From Candidatus Anstonellales archaeon (GTDB taxonomy: Archaea > Micrarchaeota > Micrarchaeia > Anstonellales > J096), in the NCBI GenBank assembly GCA_038890615.1, contig JAWAFI010000001.1:34611-98610 (forward strand): a DNA stretch of 64,000 bases, given 5' to 3'. Below are positions 37,071 through 46,182 of this stretch, piece by piece (position 1 is the stretch's first letter; every line of letters starts with the position of its first letter). Both the position numbers and the translations under genes were made by a program. The notes under the pieces are model-generated. The model searched no databases and had not been told where the DNA came from. It saw only the letters and a list, made by a program, of their open reading frames with translations.

Positions 37071-38294
37071 ATGAAAGGAAGGATAGGAAGCCCTAGAAAG
37101 TATGATGCAATAATAGTTGGAGGCGGCCCAGCAGGGTGCTCAACAGCCCTCTACTGCGCAAGGAAGGGCTTCAATGTCCTGCTGATTGAAAAGGAAAGGT
37201 TCCCAAGGGACAAGGTATGTGGGGATGGGCTGAGCGGAAAAACAGCTGGAATACTCAAGGAGCTTGGGCTCTGGGAAAAGGTTGCAAAGCTGCCGCATGG
37301 CCCAGGGAACGGGGCTATCCTCTCCTCGCCAAAAGGCGTGGAGCTTGAGGTAAGCGCGCCTTCTACTGGCTATGTATGCAGGAGGCTCTATTTTGATGAG
37401 ATGCTTTTCAAGGAAGCAAAAAAGAGGGTTGAGGCAAAGGAAGGGTGGAGGGCAGTTGACCTGCTCTGGGAAAACGGAAAGGTGGTTGGGGTGAGGGCTT
37501 CGGGGGAGGGGAAGGAGGAAAACTTTTATGCTGATGTGGTGGTTGGCGCTGACGGGGCAGGAAGCATAGTAGCAAGCAAGGTAGGGCAAGGAAGGAGCGA
37601 CCCTGAGCACTCAGTAGTCGCAGTAAGGTGCTATTTTGACAACGTGAAGGGGCTGAGGGACAAGATCGAAATACATTTTGTGGACGAGCTCCTTCCAGGG
37701 TATTTCTGGATATTCCCTATAGGAGGGAAGAAAGCCAATGTAGGGGTTGGCATGCTGCTCAAAGACCAAAGAGATAAGAAGGTTGACCTTAGGAAGGCGC
37801 TTGAGGCAGTTATGGCTTCCCCTAAATTCAAGGAAAGGTTCGCAAAAGCTAAGCAAATCGGGAAGTTTGAGGGATGGGGGCTTCCTTTGGCAACAATGCC
37901 AAGGAAAAGGCACGGCAATGGATACCTACTTGTAGGCGATGCTGGCTCAATGATAGACCCATTTACTGGCGAAGGCATAGGAAACGCCCTTTTGACAGGA
38001 AAGCTTGCTGCAGAGACAATAGCAGAAGCAAAGAGGAAAGGTGACTTCAGCAGCAACAGCCTAAAGGTTTACTCTGAATTGATAGAGGAAGAACTAGGCG
38101 AAGAGATAAGGGTTATGCACAACCTCCAGAAAGCAGGAAGGCACAAGTGGCTTCTCAACATGGTCTTTGACAAGGCAAGCAAAAACCCTGAGCTTAAGCA
38201 GTTCATAACATCAAGCATTGTTGAGCAGAATGCAAGCGAAGGGAAGAAAAGGCTATTGAGCCCAGAGTTCTTATTAAAGGTGCTGCTTTCTTAG
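37071..38294 (+). CDS. Geranylgeranyl reductase family flavoprotein
   Basis: VGGGPAG, FPRDKVCGDG, VGADGA.S, GYFWIFP and VGDAG..IDPFTGEGI. Confidence 0.88.
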   Translation: MKGRIGSPRKYDAIIVGGGPAGCSTALYCARKGFNVLLIEKERFPRDKVCGDGLSGKTAGILKELGLWEKVAKLPHGPGNGAILSSPKGVELEVSAPSTGYVCRRLYFDEMLFKEAKKRVEAKEGWRAVDLLWENGKVVGVRASGEGKEENFYADVVVGADGAGSIVASKVGQGRSDPEHSVVAVRCYFDNVKGLRDKIEIHFVDELLPGYFWIFPIGGKKANVGVGMLLKDQRDKKVDLRKALEAVMASPKFKERFAKAKQIGKFEGWGLPLATMPRKRHGNGYLLVGDAGSMIDPFTGEGIGNALLTGKLAAETIAEAKRKGDFSSNSLKVYSELIEEELGEEIRVMHNLQKAGRHKWLLNMVFDKASKNPELKQFITSSIVEQNASEGKKRLLSPEFLLKVLLS

Positions 38295-38295
38295 C

Positions 38296-38574
38296 TTAAG
38301 ATAAGAAAAGCACTATAGCAACAACAAGGTAAGGAAGCATAAGCTGAAGCCCTTCAAGCCGGTTCATCCCACCATCCCTTGCAACCTCGTTGATAAGAAG
38401 CACAGAAGCCACTATCACTGTTATCTCAACCGGAGCGAAAATAAGGTTCAATGGCGTGCCTGAAAGGGTGCCAAGGATTACCAAAACAGGAGCAAAGAAA
38501 TTCGGCGTAAGGTAAGGAGCTACGACCGCTGCAAGTGCAAAGGCAAGCGCAATGATCTCAGGGGCTTTTGGCAT
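38296..38574 (-). pseudogene. Truncated Ca2+/H+ antiporter (CaCA/ChaA-like) remnant
   Basis: FAPVLVILG....PLNLIF...E.....SVL..N....DG..NRLEG.QL...Y matches only the last TM helices of the family; 92 aa in total. Confidence 0.55.
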
Positions 38575-38632
38575 TGGCGTATTAATGAGAAAGTATTTAA
38601 AATGCAGATGAGTTATGCTAAAAGGTGGTTAG

Positions 38633-39055
38633 ATGGGACTCATAGATGAGCTCTTTGGAAAGCAGGAGAAGAAGGTTGACGCAGAGCAAAACCCTTTTAG
38701 GGTTGCAACAAGGTTCGTTCCCCTTAAGCTTTATGCAAAGCAAAGGAGCAGGACTACGCTTTTCATAGGTGTGAAGAACAACACCAAGGATGAGCAGCTC
38801 ATTTCAATAGACATGTTCATGCCAAGTGGCACTAGCGGGGTTGGATTTGATGCCACAGGGCTTACGAAGAAAAGGGAGATAAAGGTAGGCAAGATAAAAG
38901 GGGGGGAGATGAAGGAGGTTAGTGTTGACATCTTCAGCAACGGCCAGGCGCAGGCAAAGCCTTGCGACATTGAGATGATAGTTTACCTCCACTACCTTGA
39001 CTATGACAAGGTGCTGAGGTACTTAAAGAAGGTGGAAAGGGTACAGGTAGTTTGA
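38633..39055 (+). CDS. Hypothetical protein
   Basis: 140 aa, GGTGG Shine-Dalgarno, stop overlaps the glyA start. Confidence 0.7.
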   Translation: MGLIDELFGKQEKKVDAEQNPFRVATRFVPLKLYAKQRSRTTLFIGVKNNTKDEQLISIDMFMPSGTSGVGFDATGLTKKREIKVGKIKGGEMKEVSVDIFSNGQAQAKPCDIEMIVYLHYLDYDKVLRYLKKVERVQVV

Positions 39056-40251
39056 TGGATAAAGAGATAGAAGCCTTAATTGGGAAGGAGGTAGAGAGGC
39101 AGAAGAAGGAGCTCTGCCTAATTGCATCTGAAAACTACGCAAGCAAGGAAGTGCTTTTGGCAATGGGTACAGTGCTAAGCAACAAGTATGCTGAGGGCTA
39201 CCCAGGGAAAAGATACTATGCAGGCAACAGGTTTATAGATGAGATAGAAAACATAGCAATAGAAAGGGCCAAGAAGCTATTTGGCATGGAGCATGCGAAT
39301 GTGCAGCCCCATTCAGGCTCCTCTGCCAACCTTGCTGCCTACTCAGCAATTATGAGCCCAGGCGACAAGCTAATGGGGCTTGAGCTAAGCCATGGGGGCC
39401 ACCTCACTCATGGAAGCAAAGCAAACCTTTCAGGAAAGCTTTACTCTGTGGTATCCTTTGGAGTAGACAGGAAAACAGAGCGGATTGATTTTGATGAAGT
39501 GGAAAGGAAGGCAAAGGAAGAAAAGCCGAAAGCAATAATCGCAGGCTTCACTGCTTATCCAAGGAAAGTGGATTTCAAAAGGTTCAAAGAGATTGCTGAC
39601 TTGGTTGGGGCAAAGCTTGTTGCTGACATATCCCATATTGCAGGCCTTGTTGCAGCAGGGGTGCACGAAAGCGCATCAATGGCTGATGTTGTAACCACTA
39701 CAACCCACAAAACATTAAGGGGGCCAAGAGGGGCAGTTGTAATGTGCCATGAGCACCTTGCAAAGGAGATAGACAGGGCTGTATTCCCAGGGATGCAAGG
39801 GGGGCCGCTTGAGAATGTTATTGCAGCAAAGGCGATTGCATTCAGGGAGGCAATGGAGCCCTCTTTCAAGGCATATGCAGAGAAAGTGGTGGAGAACGCA
39901 AAGGCCCTTGCTTCTGCAATGCAGGAAAGGGGCTATAGGCTTGTAAGCGGCGGCACTGATACCCACCTTATTCTCGTTGACCTCCAAGGGAAGCTCAGTG
40001 GAAAGGAGGCGCAGGAGCGGCTTGAGGCAAGCGGCATAATCTTAAATAGGAACACAATCCCATATGATACCCAATCCCCATTCATCACTAGCGGCATAAG
40101 GATGGGTACTGCGGCAGCAACAACAAGGGGAATGGGAAGGGCAGAGATGGAACGGATAGCAGAGCTCATAGACAGAGGCATAAATGGGGAGAATGTAAGG
40201 GAAGAGGTTGAAGAGCTAACCTCTAGGTTCCCTATATACGGTGATATTTGA
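39055..40251 (+). CDS. glyA: Serine hydroxymethyltransferase
   Basis: [35 protein letters not shown] and [12 protein letters not shown]. Confidence 0.97.
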   Translation: MDKEIEALIGKEVERQKKELCLIASENYASKEVLLAMGTVLSNKYAEGYPGKRYYAGNRFIDEIENIAIERAKKLFGMEHANVQPHSGSSANLAAYSAIMSPGDKLMGLELSHGGHLTHGSKANLSGKLYSVVSFGVDRKTERIDFDEVERKAKEEKPKAIIAGFTAYPRKVDFKRFKEIADLVGAKLVADISHIAGLVAAGVHESASMADVVTTTTHKTLRGPRGAVVMCHEHLAKEIDRAVFPGMQGGPLENVIAAKAIAFREAMEPSFKAYAEKVVENAKALASAMQERGYRLVSGGTDTHLILVDLQGKLSGKEAQERLEASGIILNRNTIPYDTQSPFITSGIRMGTAAATTRGMGRAEMERIAELIDRGINGENVREEVEELTSRFPIYGDI

Positions 40252-40811
40252 TGAAGCTCGTTTGCTTTGACTTGGACGAAACGCTGTGCAACCTACACCT
40301 CCCTAAGAATAGAGTTACAGAAGAGGCAAAGCGCATAATTGGCAAAAAGGACAATAGGATAAGGGAGCTCTGGAACATTTATGAGCTTTATCCAAAGGAA
40401 GCAGAGGCAAAGAAGATGGAGCTTGATTCAATGCTGCGCAGGTACGAAAGGCGATGCATAGAAAAAGAGGTTGTTGAGCCCATAAAGGAAGGCATGGAAA
40501 TGCTTAAGATGTGCAAAGGAAAGGCAAAGGTTGCAATTGTCTCAAACAACAACCTCGCAACTATCAAGGAAGTGGCTGGCCAGCTTGGAATAAGGGCTGA
40601 GTATTTCATAGGAAGGGATTGCGTTAAAAAGCCAAAGCCAGAGCCAGATATGGTGATTGAGGCGATGAATGCTCTTGGAGCTGAAAGGAAGGACACTGTG
40701 CTCGTAGGCGACAGCGTCTTTGACTCAATAACTGCAGTTAACGCAGGAATTGCATGCATTGTGGTTGTTGGATGGGAAGGCGCAAAAAAAACCCTTGAGG
40801 CGATGCTATGA
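40251..40811 (+). CDS. HAD-superfamily phosphatase
   Basis: FDLDETL, VSNN, KPKPEP and VGDS..D motifs. Confidence 0.88.
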   Translation: MKLVCFDLDETLCNLHLPKNRVTEEAKRIIGKKDNRIRELWNIYELYPKEAEAKKMELDSMLRRYERRCIEKEVVEPIKEGMEMLKMCKGKAKVAIVSNNNLATIKEVAGQLGIRAEYFIGRDCVKKPKPEPDMVIEAMNALGAERKDTVLVGDSVFDSITAVNAGIACIVVVGWEGAKKTLEAML

Positions 40812-41320
40812 TTGATTTCATAAACACTATTTTGTACATACTGCCTGCATACGTTGCAAACTCTTCCCCAGTAGTGCTTGGGGGCGGGGATGCAATAGAC
40901 AGGGGGGCAAAGATAGGGAATAACAGGGTGCTGGGAAAAAGCAAGACAATAATGGGCTTCTTTGGCGGCCTGTTCGCAGGCGTGCTAATTGCAGCAATTC
41001 TTGCATATGCTGTTGAGATACCTTTTTTCCCCTCAAGAAACTACCAGCTTTATGGAGGCATTGCCCTCTCTTTTGGCACGGTGGTTGGGGATTTAGCAGG
41101 GAGCTTCATTAAGAGGAGGATGGGTATAGAAGAAGGAAAGCCCTTCATATTGGACCAGTTTGCCTTCCTAATAGTTGCGCTCCTTTTTGCATACCCATTC
41201 ACGATGATCCCCTTCTACAGCTGGGACAACCTGCTCTACCTTGCTGTGCTAACTTATGTGCTCCATATCGGCTCAAATATAGTTGCAAACAGGCTTGGGA
41301 TAAAGAAAGTGCCGTGGTAG
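40808..41320 (+). CDS. carS: CDP-archaeol synthase
   Basis: LPAYVANSSP, LG.SKT..G, GDL.GSFIKRR, LDQ and GIKKVPW. Confidence 0.92.
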   Translation: MIDFINTILYILPAYVANSSPVVLGGGDAIDRGAKIGNNRVLGKSKTIMGFFGGLFAGVLIAAILAYAVEIPFFPSRNYQLYGGIALSFGTVVGDLAGSFIKRRMGIEEGKPFILDQFAFLIVALLFAYPFTMIPFYSWDNLLYLAVLTYVLHIGSNIVANRLGIKKVPW

Positions 41321-41342
41321 CAAAATGCGCACGCAATAATGC

Positions 41343-42584
41343 TTACCCAACCTCCCAAGTGGCATCATAGCCCTTCTTCACCAGCTCCTCAGCAAGCAGG
41401 CGGGACTGCACACCGCTTTTGCATGTTATGATGTAGCGCCTTCCTTTTTTGAGCTTTAGCCTGCTTAAGTCAGCACTATCAAGGTTTATTACCTCCCCAG
41501 CTCTTTTCTCCTTGCTGCGAAGCTTGCACGGAGCCCACCTTGCTGAATAGCGCACTTTGTCAGCAAAATAGAGAGCCTCCTGCTCTGCCCTTACTGCGAC
41601 CCTGCCAGAGGAGACTATGCAGTGCTCAGGGACTCTTGAGCAGGCATCGTAGAGACCTGCCCTCCTTGCTATTGCTATTATTTCCTCCTTGTCATAGGCA
41701 AGCACAGGCCTGAATACTGGGAAGGTTGTAAGCATAATGAGGTTGCTCAATGTTTGTGTTGAAACCTGGCTCAGCGATTCTCCTGTTGCCATTGCCTTAA
41801 TCCCAAGCAATTCCATAAGCTCCCTTGCCTCCCTGTAGAAAACAAGCTTTAGGGCAATCTGCCTATATTTTTCAGGCACTTTTTGAATCTCTACCATAAG
41901 CTGGGAAGAATCAGCGCAAAGGAACTCCATTGGGTGGGCTACTGATGCTTCTGCTGCCTTCTTTGCCTTTTCCACATAATAGAGCAATGGCTCTCCGCCT
42001 GGGTTGAAAAAGGCAAGCACTGGCTCAACCCCTTTCTTTGCTAAGAGGTGGGCAGAAACAGTGCTGTCTATCCCTCCAGAGAATAAAAGCAATATCTTGC
42101 CTGCAGAGCCATAAGGCAGCCCACCAAGCCCTTCCTCGTAGCCTTTATGGATAAAAATTGCTTCGTCGCAAACCTCTACATAAAAAGTTATCTCCGGATT
42201 AGAAAGGTTAACTGTGTTCCCTTTGTCCTTCACGATCTGGCCCACCTTTACCTGGATTTCCTCTGAATTTAAGGGGAAATCCTTGGATGAGCGCGATGCC
42301 TTTATGCCAAAAGCCTTCCCTTTTAAATGAAGCGCTGAAAAATATGATAGGAGCGCCTTCTCTGATTTCTCAACTTTGGAAACCTCGGCATATTTCTTTA
42401 TCCCAGGAATCTTTGGTATGTTTTCAGGCTTTGAAGGGTTTGCCAAGACCATGTGGTCCCTTTTAACTGAAAGAGTGCCTCCGCATGCACTCTGTATGTG
42501 CGATTGGAGGTGTTTTATGAACCTAGGCCTGCTCCTCTCGCTTTTCAGGAAAAGCTCGCCGTATTTTAAGAGATATAATGCCAT
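41343..42584 (-). CDS. thiI: tRNA 4-thiouridine synthase ThiI (THUMP + PP-loop + short rhodanese-like tail)
   Basis: KYGELFLKS, GLGGLP.G, SGGIDS, TGESLSQVSTQTL, RPV...DKEEI; tail IITCKSGVQS. Confidence 0.9.
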   Translation of the reverse strand: MALYLLKYGELFLKSERSRPRFIKHLQSHIQSACGGTLSVKRDHMVLANPSKPENIPKIPGIKKYAEVSKVEKSEKALLSYFSALHLKGKAFGIKASRSSKDFPLNSEEIQVKVGQIVKDKGNTVNLSNPEITFYVEVCDEAIFIHKGYEEGLGGLPYGSAGKILLLFSGGIDSTVSAHLLAKKGVEPVLAFFNPGGEPLLYYVEKAKKAAEASVAHPMEFLCADSSQLMVEIQKVPEKYRQIALKLVFYREARELMELLGIKAMATGESLSQVSTQTLSNLIMLTTFPVFRPVLAYDKEEIIAIARRAGLYDACSRVPEHCIVSSGRVAVRAEQEALYFADKVRYSARWAPCKLRSKEKRAGEVINLDSADLSRLKLKKGRRYIITCKSGVQSRLLAEELVKKGYDATWEVG

Positions 42585-43936
42585 TTTGGGCCTTCTTGCG
42601 TGTCTTGAACTTCTATTCCTGCTTCTGAAAGGGCCTTGCGGATTGCATCGCTAACCTTGAAATCCCTGCTTGCCTTGTACTGCTCCCTTTGCTTAAGGAG
42701 AGAATCAACTAGTTTCTCAACCCCTCCTTCTTCAACTGAAATGCCCAATATGAAGAGCATCTCCGCAAAAGCTTTCTGGAGGGCAAAATGGGTCAAAGGA
42801 TGTATTCCCTGCTCAAGGAACGGAAGCGCCTTGCCCATAAGGTCAAAGAATGCTGCAAGCGCTGAAGGTGAATCCAAGTCGTTGCACATTGATGAGAGGA
42901 ATTTTTCCCACAAAGCTTCTACCGCTGCATGCAACTCTGCATTATATGCCCCGTGCTTTGGCTTCTTGAGCAATGAGAAAAACCTTGATATGCGCTTGTA
43001 AGCTTCATAAGCCTCATCAATGCCTCTATCGTTATAGTCAAATGAGCTCCTGTAATGGGAGCGCAGGTAGAAAAGCCTGAGCGCCATTGGGTGGTGCCTC
43101 TTAAGCGCATCCCTTACAGTAATGAAATTGCCTAAGCTCTTGCTCATCTTCTCCCCATTTACTGTTAACAAGCCGCAGTGCACCCATGTTCCAACAAAGC
43201 GCCTGCCTGTTGCTGCCTCGCTCTGAGCTATCTCATTCTCATGGTGAGGGAATATCAAGTCGGTTGCCCCTCCATGGATGTCAAGCGCGCCTGCATACTT
43301 CAACGCCATTGCAGAGCATTCTATATGCCAACCTGGCCTTCCCCTTCCAAAAGGGCTGTCAAAGCTTATCCCTTCTGTGTCTTTCTTCCATAGCGCAAAA
43401 TCGCTCTTATCATGCTTGTCATCCTCATGCTGCACCCTCTCCACTGATTCCTTAACACCCCCAACCTGGCCGCTCAGCTTCCCATAATCCTTGAACTTCG
43501 AGGTTGAGAAGTAAACGCCGCTTTTCACCTCATAAGCATAGCCCTTGTCAATGAGAATCTGGACAAGCTCTACTATTTCAGGTATGTGCTCGCTAACCTT
43601 GGGATATATATCAGCAGGCAGTATGTTGAAAAGGGAAAAAAGCTTATCTGCTTCTCTCTGATAGTAGGAGGCAATCTCAAGCACTGGCTTGTTGAGCTCC
43701 TTGCTCCTCTTTATTAGCTTATCGTCAACATCAGTTATGTTCTGGATATGGAAAACCTCAATTCCAAGCGAATACAAAAGCCGCTTGAGCATGTCAAAAA
43801 CAAGGTAAGTCCTAAGATGCCCTACATGGGTGTCTGCATAAGGGGTCAAGCCGCACACATACATGCTTACCTTATCTTTTGAAAGCGGCTTTGCCTTCCT
43901 GTCAAAAGTGTCGTAAAGAGCCAAGGTATAAGCCAT
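42566..43936 (-). CDS. cysS: Cysteinyl-tRNA synthetase
   Basis: YVCGLTPY, HVGH, NITDVDDK, DFALWK, GRPGWHIECS and KMSKS. Confidence 0.97.
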   Translation of the reverse strand: MAYTLALYDTFDRKAKPLSKDKVSMYVCGLTPYADTHVGHLRTYLVFDMLKRLLYSLGIEVFHIQNITDVDDKLIKRSKELNKPVLEIASYYQREADKLFSLFNILPADIYPKVSEHIPEIVELVQILIDKGYAYEVKSGVYFSTSKFKDYGKLSGQVGGVKESVERVQHEDDKHDKSDFALWKKDTEGISFDSPFGRGRPGWHIECSAMALKYAGALDIHGGATDLIFPHHENEIAQSEAATGRRFVGTWVHCGLLTVNGEKMSKSLGNFITVRDALKRHHPMALRLFYLRSHYRSSFDYNDRGIDEAYEAYKRISRFFSLLKKPKHGAYNAELHAAVEALWEKFLSSMCNDLDSPSALAAFFDLMGKALPFLEQGIHPLTHFALQKAFAEMLFILGISVEEGGVEKLVDSLLKQREQYKASRDFKVSDAIRKALSEAGIEVQDTQEGPKWHYIS

Positions 43937-43992
43937 AAGAGCACCTTCTTATAGATGGAAATGGCTTTTTAAAAGGTTGTGGATTATGCTAC

Positions 43993-44814
43993 ATGAAAGC
44001 CATAATACCAGCAGCAGGGTTCGGCACAAGGATGCTTCCGCTTACAAAGGCGCAGCCGAAAGAGATGCTCCCTGTATTCAACAGGCCAGCAATGGAGTAT
44101 GTGGTTGAAGAAGCAATAAATGCCGGGTACAGGGAAATTGTAATAGTAACTGGAAGGACAAAGAGGGCAATAGAGGACCACTTTGACAGGATGCCTGAGC
44201 TTGAAGCATTCCTTGAAAGCAAAGGCAAAAAGGAAGAGGCAAATATGATAAGGAAGATAGGTGAAAAAGCAGACATCTACTTTGTAAGGCAGAAAGAGCA
44301 GCTTGGGCTAGGCCATGCCATCCTTACTGCAAAGGCATTCGTAAACAATGAGGACTTTGCTGTGCTTTTGGGGGATGACTTATTCATCCCAGAGGCGCTT
44401 AAGCATATGGGAAAGGACTCCATATGCGTTCAAAAGATAGAAGGAAAGGAGATAGAAAAAAAAGGGGTGGTGGAGCTAGATGGAAGGAGAATAACAAGGC
44501 TTGTTGAAAAACCTAAATACAAGGAAGCACCATCGCAGTACGCTATTGCTGGTAGGTATAAGTTGCCATTTGAGGTTTTCAGGTATTTGGAAAAAACAGA
44601 GCCAGGGGCAGGAGGGGAGATACAGCTAACCGATGCATTGAATGCACTTGCAAAGGAGCATAACCTTTATGCATACATACATAAAGGCAAGGTTTTTGAT
44701 ATCGGAAACATGGAAAGATGGTTTGCTGCCAATCTCTATTTTAGTTATAAAAAAGCAAAGTGGGCAAGGGAGCTTATAAAGAGAGTGGGAAAGTATAGAG
44801 GGAAAGGCTTTTAA
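43993..44814 (+). CDS. galU: UTP--glucose-1-phosphate uridylyltransferase
   Basis: PAAGFGTRMLPLTKAQPKEMLP, RQKEQLGLGHA, VEKP and GEIQLTDA. Confidence 0.92.
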   Translation: MKAIIPAAGFGTRMLPLTKAQPKEMLPVFNRPAMEYVVEEAINAGYREIVIVTGRTKRAIEDHFDRMPELEAFLESKGKKEEANMIRKIGEKADIYFVRQKEQLGLGHAILTAKAFVNNEDFAVLLGDDLFIPEALKHMGKDSICVQKIEGKEIEKKGVVELDGRRITRLVEKPKYKEAPSQYAIAGRYKLPFEVFRYLEKTEPGAGGEIQLTDALNALAKEHNLYAYIHKGKVFDIGNMERWFAANLYFSYKKAKWARELIKRVGKYRGKGF

Positions 44815-44845
44815 ACCTCATTTCCCTTAGGAAAGCGGTGTTTGC

Positions 44846-45253
44846 ATGGCAACAAAGGAAAGTAAGGAAGAAACTAATGAGTTTTTGGTACCGCAGGAGG
44901 ACAGGGTTATTGCTGCAGTTGGCTATCTTTGGTGGCTCATAGGGCTAATCATATTCTTAATAACCGACAAGTCAAAAAGGGCAGTTAGGTTCCACGCGCT
45001 CCAGTCACTTGTGACAGGGTTGCTGGCCTTTGTGGTCATCTTTGCGCTTATAATAATAAGCATGGTCGTAGGCTTAATAATGGGCATAGTGATACCAGTA
45101 GTAGGTGGCCTGATAGGCCTTCTCCTTTATCTTGTCACCTTATTCCTGGCATTCTGCGTGCTCATATACATCCTCTTCCTTGCATTCAAGGTTTTCACAG
45201 AGGGTGACATTAGGGTGCCTAAGATAAGCGAGTTCATTGTAAAATACCTATAA
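44846..45253 (+). CDS. DUF4870/Tic20-like membrane protein
   Basis: AAVGYL....GLI.F, VRFHALQS and a terminal RVP; three TM helices. Confidence 0.75.
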   Translation: MATKESKEETNEFLVPQEDRVIAAVGYLWWLIGLIIFLITDKSKRAVRFHALQSLVTGLLAFVVIFALIIISMVVGLIMGIVIPVVGGLIGLLLYLVTLFLAFCVLIYILFLAFKVFTEGDIRVPKISEFIVKYL

Positions 45254-45285
45254 TTTTTAAATTCCCCTAACCTCTTCTTTTTACA

Positions 45286-45356
45286 GCGGCCGTAGTCTAG
45301 CGGTAGGATCTTGGCCTTCCAAGCCAACGACCCGGGTTCGAATCCCGGCGGCCGCA
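45286..45356 (+). tRNA. tRNA-Gly(TCC)
   Basis: GCGGCCG...CGGCCGCA acceptor stem, anticodon arm TTGGC-CTTCCAA-GCCAA, GGTTCGAAT T-loop. Confidence 0.95.
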
Positions 45357-45414
45357 AATAGGATATTAAAGTAAAGGATTGAAGCATTGATAATGATATA
45401 AAGAATGTATATGT

Positions 45415-46151
45415 TTGTTATGGTTGTTAAAGAAAGATGAAAAATGGTTCAAAAAATTTTTCAAGGTTATTGGGAAAGGAAAAAATAAAGAGGAGGTTGT
45501 TGAAAAAGTAGAAATAGAACAAATGGAAGAGGGGAGAAGGAGGTATTTAGGAGGGTTTTGGAGAGTGTTAGGAGTAGGAAAGAAGATGAAGAGGCTTTTG
45601 AGGAGCTTAGGATGATTAACAGGGAAAGGAAAGGGGAAGATAAGAGGAGGGCTGAAAGGCTTGGGGAGAAATTGATTGATGAATGCAGAAATGGAAAGGA
45701 GGAGATTTCTTTAGAAAGGGTTGTAAAGCTGGTTTTAGAAGGGGCTGATGTGGATGTGCAGGATAATGATGGAGAGACTGCGCTGATGTGGGCTGCTTGG
45801 ATGGGGAATAAGGGGGTTGTTGAGATGCTGATAGAGGCAGGGGCTAAGGTGGATTTGCAGGATAATAATGGAGAGACTGCGCTGATGTGGGCTGCTAAGC
45901 TTAACCAAAAAGGATTTCTTGAGCTGCTGATTGACAATGGCGCAAATCCTTTTTTGAAAAATAATAAAGGAAAAACAGCAATGGGCTTGGCTGAAAATGA
46001 AGAAACTAAGAGTTTTTTGAAAGGCTTGGTTGATAAGATGGATAAAAGGGTTAAGAAGAGGATGAAAAGGGAGGCTCAACTGAGGTTTTCGCTTAAGGAA
46101 TGCAATAAGAAGAAAGCAAAGATATTTATTGAGAAAATGCTGGGCAGTTAG
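45415..46151 (+). pseudogene. Ankyrin-repeat gene with a frameshifted 5' end (track ORFs 45415-45615 and 45558-46151)
   Basis: GETALMWAA repeats. Alignment with the paralog at 46183 shows 13 nt missing near 45540, which joins the two frames. Confidence 0.75.
45750..45896. repeat. 48-bp direct repeat at 99-bp spacing (ankyrin unit duplication)
   Basis: 45750-45797 versus 45849-45896, two mismatches. Confidence 0.85.
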
Positions 46152-46182
46152 GGTTAAAAAGTGCTTGGAGGAAAGTTAAATT

